Origin: a virus
Lineage: Duplodnaviria; Caudoviricetes
Length of the DNA: 64,000 bases
Strand: one strand, 5' to 3'
IMG/VR virus record: IMGVR_UViG_3300031088_000758
Positions 18,674 through 27,955 of the stretch are shown one piece after another. The notes beneath the pieces are model-generated. The model did no database searches and was not told where the DNA came from. It saw only the letters and a list, made by a program, of their open reading frames with translations. Both the position numbers and the translations under genes were made by a program. The stretch's first letter is position 1. Each line of letters opens with the position of its first letter.

Positions 18674-19169
18674 TTCTCTCCAACTTCATAAACTTAAACA
18701 TTCATAGACAAATATCTTATTCGTATGATTTTATCAAGGATAAAACATATTGAACTAACGTTATTACTGAACGTGCTAAAAGAGTATTATTAAAACAGAA
18801 ACATTTAGTGCTTAAAAACGATTCTACAACATACCTCAAATAACACTGATATACAGCCTTTTATTTAGGTTCTTTTTTGGCATTTTTCAAAGATTTTTTC
18901 AAAAACACCTTTTCTGATATGGGGATCAGTATAAAGTAGAAAATGCTGTACAAATCCTTTCTGACGTTTAACTCTTGTATTAAGTTTTTGATTAAATTTT
19001 GTTCTATCTATGTCGTAATCAACAGCAAGTTTTAAGAAGAACTGATTTTTATCTTCAAAATACAATGAGTTTGTATATTTTTCATTTTGATATGATATGT
19101 AATAAGAAAAATGTTTCAACTGTTTTTCTTGTTATTAAAGTGGATACAGAAACTGAAGCGAGGTTCATT

Positions 19170-20336
19170 ATGACAATATTAGAACATCCCAAAACAACAG
19201 AAACCACAGTTAAGGAGAATGTCGGAATACCCGTAGTAAAAAGACAAAAACTTACGAGAGATTGTCTTAAAGAATTTACTAAACTCAGCAATAAGCCCGT
19301 AGTCAGCATTTATATGGATACTTATAAGTTCGGTGAGGAACAATTATTAAATGCTAAACAGCTGGGAAGAGTAATATCTCACGTAGAAAAAGAACTCTTA
19401 AACGCAGACTTATCAACTGAAGAAGTTGAAGAGTACATTAAACCATTAAAAGATTTAGTCAATAACGAATCAGAATGGCTACATATGGATGAAGGTTTAG
19501 CTATATTTATTTCTGCTGAAAGAGCTGTTAGCTACACATTACATCATGACGTTGATTTCTCATGGACAGTTGATAAAAAACCTCGTTTAGAGCCTCTTAT
19601 CAAAGAATTAGGTTTAGACAAAAATTTCCTAATTCTTTCTGTCTCGCAAGATGATGTAAGATTATTAGAAGCTGATGAGCAAACTTTCAAAAAACTTGAT
19701 CTAGTAGATATACCTGGACGCATGAAAGATGTGGTAGCAGAAAACAACCTTGAAAAAACAAAACCTACACGAATAGACAATGGTGCTGGTTTTGCGGTTA
19801 GCTTTGGGCATGATAAAAGCATTATTCAAGATCAACAAATATACAGATTTTTAAAGGCAATTGCCGACAATCTTAAAACAGCTTTGCCTTTGAATGATAA
19901 TCGTCCAATTGTTATTCTTTGCCCACCTAATTATATGTCAGTTTTCCGTGAACATCATGCTCTTCAACACACAAGATTAGCATTCGTACACGGTGCTTGG
20001 TCAAGAGCTGCTGAGCATGAATTGTATGAAGCAGCTTTACCGGCGTTCAACGATGAATTAGACAATACAGAAACAATTGTTGAAAACATTATTGATAAGG
20101 GTGAGAGTCAAAAGCTTATTGAAAGAAGCACATCTGCTATTCATGAACTATCTTCTGAAATTGGAAGAATTGAAACATTGATTATTAAACCCATCAGAGT
20201 CAATGGAAGCCCAAAGAACGAAGATGAAATCACAATAGTTGATGAAATTTTAATTAACATTGTTGAAGGAAATGGGCAAATCATTTCTTATGAACTAGAT
20301 GATGTATTTCCCATGACAGCAACACTAAGATACTGA
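19170..20336 (+). CDS. Bacterial archaeo-eukaryotic release factor (baeRF) family protein
   Basis: PVVSIYMDT, W.HMDEGLAIFIS, FLILSVSQDDVRLLEA, GRIETLII, C-terminal ATLRY; GAGG RBS before ATG 19170. Confidence 0.8.
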   Translation: MTILEHPKTTETTVKENVGIPVVKRQKLTRDCLKEFTKLSNKPVVSIYMDTYKFGEEQLLNAKQLGRVISHVEKELLNADLSTEEVEEYIKPLKDLVNNESEWLHMDEGLAIFISAERAVSYTLHHDVDFSWTVDKKPRLEPLIKELGLDKNFLILSVSQDDVRLLEADEQTFKKLDLVDIPGRMKDVVAENNLEKTKPTRIDNGAGFAVSFGHDKSIIQDQQIYRFLKAIADNLKTALPLNDNRPIVILCPPNYMSVFREHHALQHTRLAFVHGAWSRAAEHELYEAALPAFNDELDNTETIVENIIDKGESQKLIERSTSAIHELSSEIGRIETLIIKPIRVNGSPKNEDEITIVDEILINIVEGNGQIISYELDDVFPMTATLRY

Positions 20337-20361
20337 TTTTTAAAAATAATTAAAATCAAAC

Positions 20362-20412
20362 ATAAATGTAGGGCCACAACAATATACTAAACTGTTGTGG
20401 CCCTACATTTAT
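20362..20412. terminator. Bidirectional terminator between convergent genes
   Basis: Perfect 20-bp inverted repeat ATAAATGTAGGGCCACAACA / TGTTGTGGCCCTACATTTAT. Confidence 0.85.
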
Positions 20413-20428
20413 TAAATTATATAATTAA

Positions 20429-21733
20429 TCAAGATCTCCATCCATAATCATAAAAATCTTCATCGCCTTTGACCTCGTTCTTTTCGATGATAACGTTAAA
20501 ATCAGAAGGTTTTTTAAATTTATCTCTATTGTCATCTAACCATTTCTCAGAGACATTTAAAGCCAGCTTACGATTAGACGTAAAATCAGGATGATAACGT
20601 GATAAATGATAGGCAAAAGCCTCTTCTTTGTATGCTAAATGCTTGTCTTTTGTTTCCTGCAGGTTTTTCTCCGCTTTAGCTATCTTTTCCTCAGAATCAG
20701 GTAAGTTTTTGAGAGCATTCTCTTTTTTAGAGATAGCTCTAGTCAAACCTTCGATTCTTTTTGAATACGTTGAAGATACACTATTAATGTCTTCATCACT
20801 AGAATTCAATTTATTAGCAAACTCAACAGCAAAACCTTCTCTTTTACTTTTAAGCATCTCAACTTCTTGCGCAACTTGTTTTTTCTTGTTTTTAGAAGAT
20901 TTAGCTTCGTCAAGAATGTATCTGGCATGTTTGACATCACCATCAGTTATTCTTTCATTTTTGTAATTATTACCGCTTTTATGAGCTTGTTTAGGAAGAA
21001 TAACCCAATGCGGAAGCTTCTCATCGGAAACTAATTTCATTTTATTATCAAGCAATTGTTTAACTTTAAAGTCCTTCAACTCTTTAATTTCTTTATCAGA
21101 AAGAGAATACCTTTCATAATCTGCTGAAATTGGAATTTCATCACCAGTTTCATCATCTACAACCCAATCATACGTTCTATATTCTCCACTGCTAATTTTT
21201 TCTCTATCTGTCAAGTCTAAAGTTTTCGTTTCTTGACTGTCATCATACTTAGTTCTTATGAATTCTACATATGGAGTGTCAGTGTTATCCTTGTTCACAA
21301 TAACGATTTCATATCCAGAATTAGGATATTGATTCTCAAGTTTTTCACGAAGATTCACAGCATAAGAAACATCATCATATTGCTTTATTAGATTATCACG
21401 AATATCTTGAACTGTTTCGCCCCGAAGATATCCCTCATTTAACATTTTTTCATCATAAGAATCATTAATAACATTATTTCTTAAAGAATCTAAATCTACT
21501 TTATCAACTATTGTGTCAGATTCAGAAAGATCCATTTTCATATTAGATTGTTTGCGTTTTTTCAAAGATTTCTGAGGTTTAGAAACATTCTCTTCAATAA
21601 TCTTTTCAGCATAACGTACAGCTTCCAAAGGATTATCAAAATGGTTGCTTTCACCAAATTGACATTCCTTAATCTTAGCAGTACATTTGCCCACATAACC
21701 TGTCTCTGGATTAACATGTAATTTTTGACTCAT
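20429..21733 (-). CDS. Hypothetical coiled-coil protein with N-terminal HxNPxTG..C..C..NH motif
   Basis: MSQKLHVNPETGYVGKCTAKIKECQFGESNHF; GAGGTG RBS. Confidence 0.85.
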   Translation of the reverse strand: MSQKLHVNPETGYVGKCTAKIKECQFGESNHFDNPLEAVRYAEKIIEENVSKPQKSLKKRKQSNMKMDLSESDTIVDKVDLDSLRNNVINDSYDEKMLNEGYLRGETVQDIRDNLIKQYDDVSYAVNLREKLENQYPNSGYEIVIVNKDNTDTPYVEFIRTKYDDSQETKTLDLTDREKISSGEYRTYDWVVDDETGDEIPISADYERYSLSDKEIKELKDFKVKQLLDNKMKLVSDEKLPHWVILPKQAHKSGNNYKNERITDGDVKHARYILDEAKSSKNKKKQVAQEVEMLKSKREGFAVEFANKLNSSDEDINSVSSTYSKRIEGLTRAISKKENALKNLPDSEEKIAKAEKNLQETKDKHLAYKEEAFAYHLSRYHPDFTSNRKLALNVSEKWLDDNRDKFKKPSDFNVIIEKNEVKGDEDFYDYGWRS

Positions 21734-21793
21734 AATGCAGCACCTCATTAGTTAATTTTATTAAATCCTTTTATCTCATTGTTTTCTAACTGT

Positions 21794-23095
21794 TTAAATT
21801 TTCACTCTAGCCAAAGCAAACATATCTAAACTATCTTTATTTTTTTTCGCCCATTGAGCTACATTAAATGAATTGATCCCTAAAGCATCCGCTCTTTGAT
21901 CCAACGCTGAAACAATGCTATCAAACTCATATTCTCTGTCATCTTCATTAGCAGACTCAGCAAAAAATTTTAAAGTATTTATATCATACTTAATTTTAGA
22001 TTCTTCTTTAATTCGTTCAATCCAATTATTCTTCGCATCAATATTACGTAAATTCTGTTCTTTCTGATCCGCAAGCCAAGATTGAAACTCCTCATCATCA
22101 ACATTAGAAATGACCTCATCAACATTTTTATTCAAACGTTCATATTTTCTGATCTCAGCCTTTTTCTCATTAATAGAAAACTCTTCTTCAGCAGCATATT
22201 TATCATAATTCTTTTTATAATCTTCAATTCTAGCTTGAGCACCTCGTGAATCTGAAGCCGAAATCTTGTAGCTAAAACTATCCTCTTTTAAAGGTAAAGC
22301 CACCCAATCAGGTAAAGAATCGTTCTCTAAAATCTTCCGTGAATTTTCTAATCCTTTCATAGCTACAAAAGAAGCATTATTTTTTTCAAACAATTCTGAA
22401 TTTTCAACGGAAGCTTCTAAAACAACAAACATGTTATTCTTGCTATCATTATTCACCTGAAGAACATTAGACAAATATGAATCACCATCACCAAATTTGA
22501 TAGGATTAAAACCATTAGGCAAATTAGAAAAAATTTCTTCATAATGACTTTGATCCGTTCTAATAAACAGATGCCTCTTATTCTTTTTCAATCTTTTATC
22601 TAACAAATCACTAAACGATTGAGTCTTATAAAAAGCGTCCCTCGTAAGCATGTTCTTATTGCTAGCTTCTGTAAAAGTTGTAACATTCACATACTTATCA
22701 GTATCTATTTCATGTGTAAAGATATAATAGTATTTTGCTGAAGAATGCTTTTCATAACCATTATCCAAAAGAAAGTCGTCTACTGTATATTCTTGAGCAT
22801 TCTTGTATGTTTCAACTTCTGTTCTGAGCTTAGTTAAAGCTTCACCAAAAGTTTTTGACCTATATTTTTTATCAATCTTGCTGGACATAGGAATTTTTTG
22901 ATCTTCCCACAAAGCATTTCTTTTAAGAACTTTACCAGAAGATGATTCTACCATACGTTTTTCGTAGGCATTGTGAGCGTCAAATTGGTTATCAAAATGA
23001 TTATCTTCACCAAACCTACATTCACGAATATTTGCAGTACATTTACTGACATCACCAGTATCAGGATTAAGATGAATTTTTTGTGAATTAACCAT
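21794..23095 (-). CDS. Hypothetical coiled-coil protein with N-terminal HxNPxTG..C..C..NH motif
   Basis: MVNSQKIHLNPDTGDVSKCTANIRECRFGEDNHF; also shares LP[HD]WV.LP with the neighbouring ORF. Confidence 0.85.
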   Translation of the reverse strand: MVNSQKIHLNPDTGDVSKCTANIRECRFGEDNHFDNQFDAHNAYEKRMVESSSGKVLKRNALWEDQKIPMSSKIDKKYRSKTFGEALTKLRTEVETYKNAQEYTVDDFLLDNGYEKHSSAKYYYIFTHEIDTDKYVNVTTFTEASNKNMLTRDAFYKTQSFSDLLDKRLKKNKRHLFIRTDQSHYEEIFSNLPNGFNPIKFGDGDSYLSNVLQVNNDSKNNMFVVLEASVENSELFEKNNASFVAMKGLENSRKILENDSLPDWVALPLKEDSFSYKISASDSRGAQARIEDYKKNYDKYAAEEEFSINEKKAEIRKYERLNKNVDEVISNVDDEEFQSWLADQKEQNLRNIDAKNNWIERIKEESKIKYDINTLKFFAESANEDDREYEFDSIVSALDQRADALGINSFNVAQWAKKNKDSLDMFALARVKI

Positions 23096-23148
23096 GAATA
23101 GATATACCTCATTACATGTTGATCGAATATAGTTTTTTCTAAAAAAGA

Positions 23149-23313
23149 TTAGAACTCTCTAACCCATTTAATCTTACCACTATCGTAGATTCTATACAAC
23201 CCATTTAAATCAGCTAATTCACGTTCAGTCAAACCTTCTTTATACCTTAAATTAGGGTTATTCTTAAAACGTTCTTTTCTCAATACACCGTTTTTGTTAA
23301 AATAGCTGTTTTT
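23149..23313 (-). pseudogene. Out-of-frame C-terminal remnant of the endonuclease gene
   Basis: -1 frame reads KNSYFNKNGVLRKERFKNNPNLRYKEGLTERELADLNGLYRIYDSGKIKWVREF*, resembling the TE.E..G..RIYD.G..KW terminus of phage Hef-like endonucleases. Confidence 0.65.
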
Positions 23314-24515
23314 TTACCAGTTGTAAAATATTTTTCCAAAGATTTAATTATTAGATTCGAGCTTTCATACCAATCATATTCCCATACGAATAACAACTCG
23401 ATATTTTTCTCTTTGCACATTAGAACTTTCATAGTATGATACTCATCTGAAGTCATATTATGGTTAGGAATCAAAAATTTATCTGAGTGCCAATAATTGC
23501 CGTTAAATTCAATTGCAACATTAATTGAGGGGATGTAAATATCTAATTGGTAGGGAGCAATTACTTTCCAATTATTAAACTCTAATGACTTTTCAGGTAA
23601 TAGGATTTCTATTTCTTTTTGGAATTCTTTTTCAACTCTTGAAACACCTTTTAATCTGTCTTCTGATAAGAATGGATCTAAATGTCTTCCGAGCCATCGT
23701 ACTGTAAAAAAATCCTCACTAATTGATGCGTTTAATTCTTGAATAAGCTTTTGCTTTGTAAGATTCTTATTTTCTTCGTAATATTTAGCCAAATCTTCTC
23801 TGCTGTCAAAACCAGCAGTTTTCAACTTTTCAAGGTTCTTTATTAATTCACTACGTGATTTCTTGCCTTGTTGATAAGCAATACTGTCCATAGGCTTGAC
23901 AATGTTTAAATGTTTCAAAAGTCTATATGTAGAAGTATCAGAAACATTGTATCCGATTTCTCTGGAAATTATTTTTTTAAAATCAGCGAAAGATCTATTT
24001 TTATCTAAGTATTCAGTTGAAATTTTTTCTTTATTAAAACCTTTTGCTAACAAAATTTCTATAATTTCTTTGTAATTTTTAATTTCTTTTTTGTCAATCT
24101 TGAAGTGTTCCAAAATTAGATTACAATAATAGACTGACACTCCAGTAGCATAAGACAATCCAGCTAGAGAAGATTCCTGATAAATTTTAGCAATTTCGTT
24201 TGAAGAAAATTTTTGTTCAACATTTTTCAAAACAAGAGAGAATTCTTCGTCCGCTTTTACTTTTTTTGCCATTGTTCCAAGCTTCTTTTTAGATTCTCTG
24301 ATAAGATTTGGATCTCTTTCGGATAATTGTAAGTAGTTCATCAACTTTGTAATCCCTCTACGGTCAGTGTGTAAGGACGTTGAAGAACTTATATTAGTAG
24401 CAAGGATTTCTTTACTGAGTGAGGGGTCTATTAAATAATTTTGAAAAAGGTTTTTAATGTATTCTTTCTCAACTTCATTTAAATTATCGTATAAGATGGT
24501 TAATTTTACAGACAT
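23280..24515 (-). CDS. Free-standing Vsr/Hef-like (PD-(D/E)xK-related) homing endonuclease, truncated
   Basis: SRVEKE..YQLDIYIPSINVAIEFNGNYWHS..K..CKEKNIELLFVWEYDW; helical N-terminal region. Confidence 0.8.
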   Translation of the reverse strand: MSVKLTILYDNLNEVEKEYIKNLFQNYLIDPSLSKEILATNISSSTSLHTDRRGITKLMNYLQLSERDPNLIRESKKKLGTMAKKVKADEEFSLVLKNVEQKFSSNEIAKIYQESSLAGLSYATGVSVYYCNLILEHFKIDKKEIKNYKEIIEILLAKGFNKEKISTEYLDKNRSFADFKKIISREIGYNVSDTSTYRLLKHLNIVKPMDSIAYQQGKKSRSELIKNLEKLKTAGFDSREDLAKYYEENKNLTKQKLIQELNASISEDFFTVRWLGRHLDPFLSEDRLKGVSRVEKEFQKEIEILLPEKSLEFNNWKVIAPYQLDIYIPSINVAIEFNGNYWHSDKFLIPNHNMTSDEYHTMKVLMCKEKNIELLFVWEYDWYESSNLIIKSLEKYFTTGKKTAILTKTVY

Positions 24516-24609
24516 ATTATCTCCTTTGGGTTAACTATCTTATTATATCAACAAAAAACCAAAGGTATTTGTTAAAAAAGAAAAAATTTTAAAACAAATT
24601 AAAGTTGAT

Positions 24610-26070
24610 TTAAGCTGCTTCTTTAATCACTTCTACTAAGGTGTTTATTGCGAGAGATTTTCCTCCACCCGTGCCTCCACCCACGAAACAATTGCTGGTC
24701 ACAAGACCTTTTTTACTGCTTTTGTCTGGTAAAATGACAAAGTTATGAGTTTTTTCAACCTCACCATCATAAACATCAGCGAATCCTGCATTTTTTACGT
24801 TAATGACTTTACGATCAGTTTGAGAGAAACCTTTAACATAAAGATTTAAAAGATCTTGCGCTTCAACATAAGTTCCATAAGATAATAGCCACTTATGATC
24901 TGGAGTACATCTAACTTGTGAACCATCATCAAAAGTAAGCTCCACAATCTGAGAGTTACTTCGTGTCTTCTTCGTTCCAAACATTTTGTTCCAAACGAAT
25001 TCGAAATTACTGTTCATAGATTTAACCATAATTGGTTTTTTAAACTCAGCAATTTCTTTTATAGATAAAGGTCCGTTTTCTGTCAAAACCAATGTTTCAC
25101 CTGTTATACACATCGGACTTGTTGTTATTTCAGGACCAACTTTTAATCCAGCTTTGCTTCCCTCTTTTGATTGCAATCCAGAAAGATCAAACCCTAGAAT
25201 ATTTTCCATTTTTCCGCTTTCTGGGTTTTGCATCTCGACACCGTTCTCCACGCCTAACGCAATTGGGAAAAAAGACCAGGCAATTCCGGGGGAAAGCACA
25301 TACCGTTCGCTCCAAGGTGCCATGGTGGGTAGTGGTGGTACTGCGTAAAATGTTGCTAAACCTTCTTCGTAATCCCATCCTGGTCTTTTATTCTCTACGT
25401 CATCAAAAGGAACCCATGTTGTTTCTGTTCCAAAAACTTGATTAAATTGACGAAGGAACCCTTCTTCGCCTTCTGCACCGAATGTAGTGGGTATCTCGAA
25501 TTGTACTTTTTGTGGTTTTAGTGGAGCAGACCATTCTAAAATTTTAATCACATTAGCTGGATTATCTTGATGTTCTATGCTTATGCCAAGTTTTGAATTT
25601 GCGATTTCGAACATTTTTTTCATCAATCTTTTTTGAGCTTCGATCATATCCTTAGAAGCTGTTATAGCAAATCCAGCTGCGAAGAAGAAAACAATAAAAC
25701 CTGCTGCTATTACATAGAAGTTCATTAAATAAGTTCCAACACCTACGGTTAGTAATCCTGCTAACCATATAATAAGAAGCATCTGACGGTTTTGTATTTT
25801 ACTTGTTTGTGGCTCACCGCTCTTGTTCTTTTTCTTTTTGCCACTGAGGCTGAAATCTCTTTTATCTTTCATTGTATAAGATATGCGTTCTTTCCAGATA
25901 GGCCATAATAGGTTAGGTTTATACCTTGCTCTGTCTGGTCCACTCATCTTTTGCATTTTACGGTCTATGACAAGTTTTTTATGAATGACTGGAATTATTC
26001 TAAAAAGAATTGGCATGACTATTAGGTAAACACCCATCATGATAAGCGGTATTTGAAGTGTTTCCATCAT
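24610..26070 (-). CDS. N-terminal half of a membrane-anchored FtsK/SpoIIIE-like (coupling) ATPase; has a mini-intein and ends in a split-intein N-fragment
   Basis: TM segments; spliced sequence TSPM|CFVGGGTGGGK is Walker A; ORF ends 15 aa later with no Walker B. Confidence 0.85.
   Translation of the reverse strand: MMETLQIPLIMMGVYLIVMPILFRIIPVIHKKLVIDRKMQKMSGPDRARYKPNLLWPIWKERISYTMKDKRDFSLSGKKKKNKSGEPQTSKIQNRQMLLIIWLAGLLTVGVGTYLMNFYVIAAGFIVFFFAAGFAITASKDMIEAQKRLMKKMFEIANSKLGISIEHQDNPANVIKILEWSAPLKPQKVQFEIPTTFGAEGEEGFLRQFNQVFGTETTWVPFDDVENKRPGWDYEEGLATFYAVPPLPTMAPWSERYVLSPGIAWSFFPIALGVENGVEMQNPESGKMENILGFDLSGLQSKEGSKAGLKVGPEITTSPMCITGETLVLTENGPLSIKEIAEFKKPIMVKSMNSNFEFVWNKMFGTKKTRSNSQIVELTFDDGSQVRCTPDHKWLLSYGTYVEAQDLLNLYVKGFSQTDRKVINVKNAGFADVYDGEVEKTHNFVILPDKSSKKGLVTSNCFVGGGTGGGKSLAINTLVEVIKEAA
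24613..24657 (-). mobile_element. 15-aa split intein N-fragment (SLAINTLVEVIKEAA)
   Basis: Block-A-like S-L-x-x-x-T-x-V directly after the Walker A Lys, same site and Ser1 as the CpaF intein (GK|SVTLDTKI), followed by a stop. Confidence 0.75.
24691..25110 (-). mobile_element. 140-aa mini-intein without endonuclease
   Basis: CITGETLVLT (block A), RCTPDHKW (block B), VYDGEVEKTHNFV (block F), VTSN|C (block G, penultimate Ser). Confidence 0.93.
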
Positions 26071-26105
26071 TTTAAAATTCTCCTTAAACGTCTTTGAATA
26101 ACATG

Positions 26106-26891
26106 TCAGTTAGTTGAAGTTATTGCTTCTTCTAGTGCTGTTATGCTTTCAGGTGTATTATCAGCAGATACAAACATTAAGCCGGAGCCTGTGTTTTGTG
26201 CCATGACTAATACGGGTGTTGATTCACCGTTCAGTGTGCTTATTGTCATTTTAGCAGCTGCTCCGTTTGTTGTTTCCAGTGCTTCAAAATTTTCAGGATT
26301 TTCGAAGAATTTAGAGTTTACAGCATCTTTGAGAAAGTAAGCGTAGTATGTTTTGTCATTATTCTCGGAGGTGATTTCTGCAACGTTACAGAAGTCTGCT
26401 GGTTTTTCTACGATACATTCATTAAGTGTTGCTGTTATAATAAGGTTGTTTAAGGTGAAGTTATCTCCATCACTGGTTTGAATAGTGTTATTTTCTACGA
26501 AAGCTGTGGTTTTTCCTTTAACTGGTTGTGTTTCGGGGAGAAGTTCTGTCATAGGGTTTTCAGGTGCTACATATTCAGGTGTATATTCTTTTGGTTCTTC
26601 AACTTGTTCAGTAGATGTTGTAGGAGTTGGCTGAGAAGGTGTTTCTTCTGGATTGTCAATAATGAACTTTTTTCCTAATATGGCTAATCCGATGATCAAA
26701 GCAATGGAGAGAATGATTGTTACTGTAACGACAACTTTTTTACGATTTTTTGCTTCTTGTACTACATCAGTATAGTATGTTCCGTCTTGTAGGATGTCTT
26801 TTCCTTTAACTTCTTCCCCGTAGAATTCTGTGCCTTCGTTATTTTCGAATTCAAGGTGTTTATCATCAAAATTTTTTCTTTCATCTGCCAT
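26106..26891 (-). CDS. Bitopic membrane protein
   Basis: Single TM, Pro/Thr linker, extracytoplasmic domain with Cys pair; start MADERK after AAGGGG. Confidence 0.75.
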   Translation of the reverse strand: MADERKNFDDKHLEFENNEGTEFYGEEVKGKDILQDGTYYTDVVQEAKNRKKVVVTVTIILSIALIIGLAILGKKFIIDNPEETPSQPTPTTSTEQVEEPKEYTPEYVAPENPMTELLPETQPVKGKTTAFVENNTIQTSDGDNFTLNNLIITATLNECIVEKPADFCNVAEITSENNDKTYYAYFLKDAVNSKFFENPENFEALETTNGAAAKMTISTLNGESTPVLVMAQNTGSGLMFVSADNTPESITALEEAITSTN

Positions 26892-26994
26892 TTCAGTGTA
26901 GCCCCTTTTCAAGCTTTATGTCTTTATTAATATCATTTATGCTTCATTTTATCAAACTTTTTTAAGTGTTGAGTTTTTAAAAGAATATATAAAT

Positions 26995-27039
26995 ATAAAT
27001 ATAGCACCCTACCTTTTTTGTGTAGGGTGCTATATTTAT
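26995..27039 (-). terminator. Terminator hairpin after ssb
   Basis: ATAAATATAGCACCCTAC / GTAGGGTGCTATATTTAT 18-bp inverted repeat. Confidence 0.8.
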
Positions 27040-27109
27040 TGTCTGCTTGAGGTATTGATACTATTTTGTTAACAATATTTGAGAACTTTTACTTATCAAT
27101 ACTTGCCGA

Positions 27110-27637
27110 TCAGAATGGGTCATCAAGATCGAAATCGTCAAGATCATCTAAATCGTCATTTGTTTTCTTGACAGCTGGCTTTTTAGGAGCTGGCTTGCTT
27201 TCAGATCGTGATGGAGCACTGTTTTTGTTTCCATTAGAGGACTTACGTGCTTCACGGTCTGAGTGTGCTGGTGCGAAGGTAAGTTCAATACCAATGTAAT
27301 CAACATTGACATAATCTTTTGCTGGAATAACACTTCCGTCATCCTTGGTGAACTCAGGCTTTGTTCTTACGCGACCAATGACAATTACTCGGTCTCCTCG
27401 TTTGACATTGCCATCACTATCTTTGAAAGATGCTTCAATGTTTTCTGCTTGACGATCCCAGGCGGTACAATTAACCCATGTAGTTTCGCCATCTTCCCAG
27501 TTGTCGCCGTTTCGAACTCGGGGAGTCACAGCAACGCTGAAGTCTACTACTGCACGGTTGTCTTTTCCAACACGGCGTAGTTCGTAAACATTACCAATGT
27601 TACCAATTACTGTTTGTTCATTTTTTACTGAAGCCAT
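27110..27637 (-). CDS. ssb: Single-stranded DNA-binding protein
   Basis: TVIGN..FSVAVTPR..WEDGETTWVNCTAWDRQAEN..GDRVIVIGR; acidic tail DDPF. Confidence 0.95.
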   Translation of the reverse strand: MASVKNEQTVIGNIGNVYELRRVGKDNRAVVDFSVAVTPRVRNGDNWEDGETTWVNCTAWDRQAENIEASFKDSDGNVKRGDRVIVIGRVRTKPEFTKDDGSVIPAKDYVNVDYIGIELTFAPAHSDREARKSSNGNKNSAPSRSESKPAPKKPAVKKTNDDLDDLDDFDLDDPF

Positions 27638-27955
27638 TTTTTTATCCTTTTCTCGAATTAACTTACATTATCTTTATCTACTCACTCAATGGCTTTGAGT
27701 ACAGCATAATCAATTTTAACAAATAAAATATCTAATATTCAGATTATTCTAATATGTTTTTTGATTATTAACATCTTACCAAAGAGTTTCAGAAAAATTA
27801 CTATTTTTTGAATTTTTTTTAAATATTTAATTATTGTTATCGTTCTGTTACAAACGATTAAGTACTACTTGCTTCTGTCAATCTAATTCCCGATTGTTTA
27901 TAAGATGCTTTGAAACATAAATATTTCTAAACATTTTAAACCTTCAATCTTTGGC

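Noticed and set aside
18865-19119. 84-aa minus-strand ORF
   Set aside because: No RBS or domain recognised; cannot support it as a gene, though not excluded.
18999-19169. ORF-track N-terminal extension of the baeRF gene
   Set aside because: Extension looks non-coding; a GAGG RBS supports ATG 19170.
23161-23208. 11-bp direct repeat AACCCATTTAA
   Set aside because: Only two copies, inside the endonuclease remnant coding sequence; not iterons or CRISPR.
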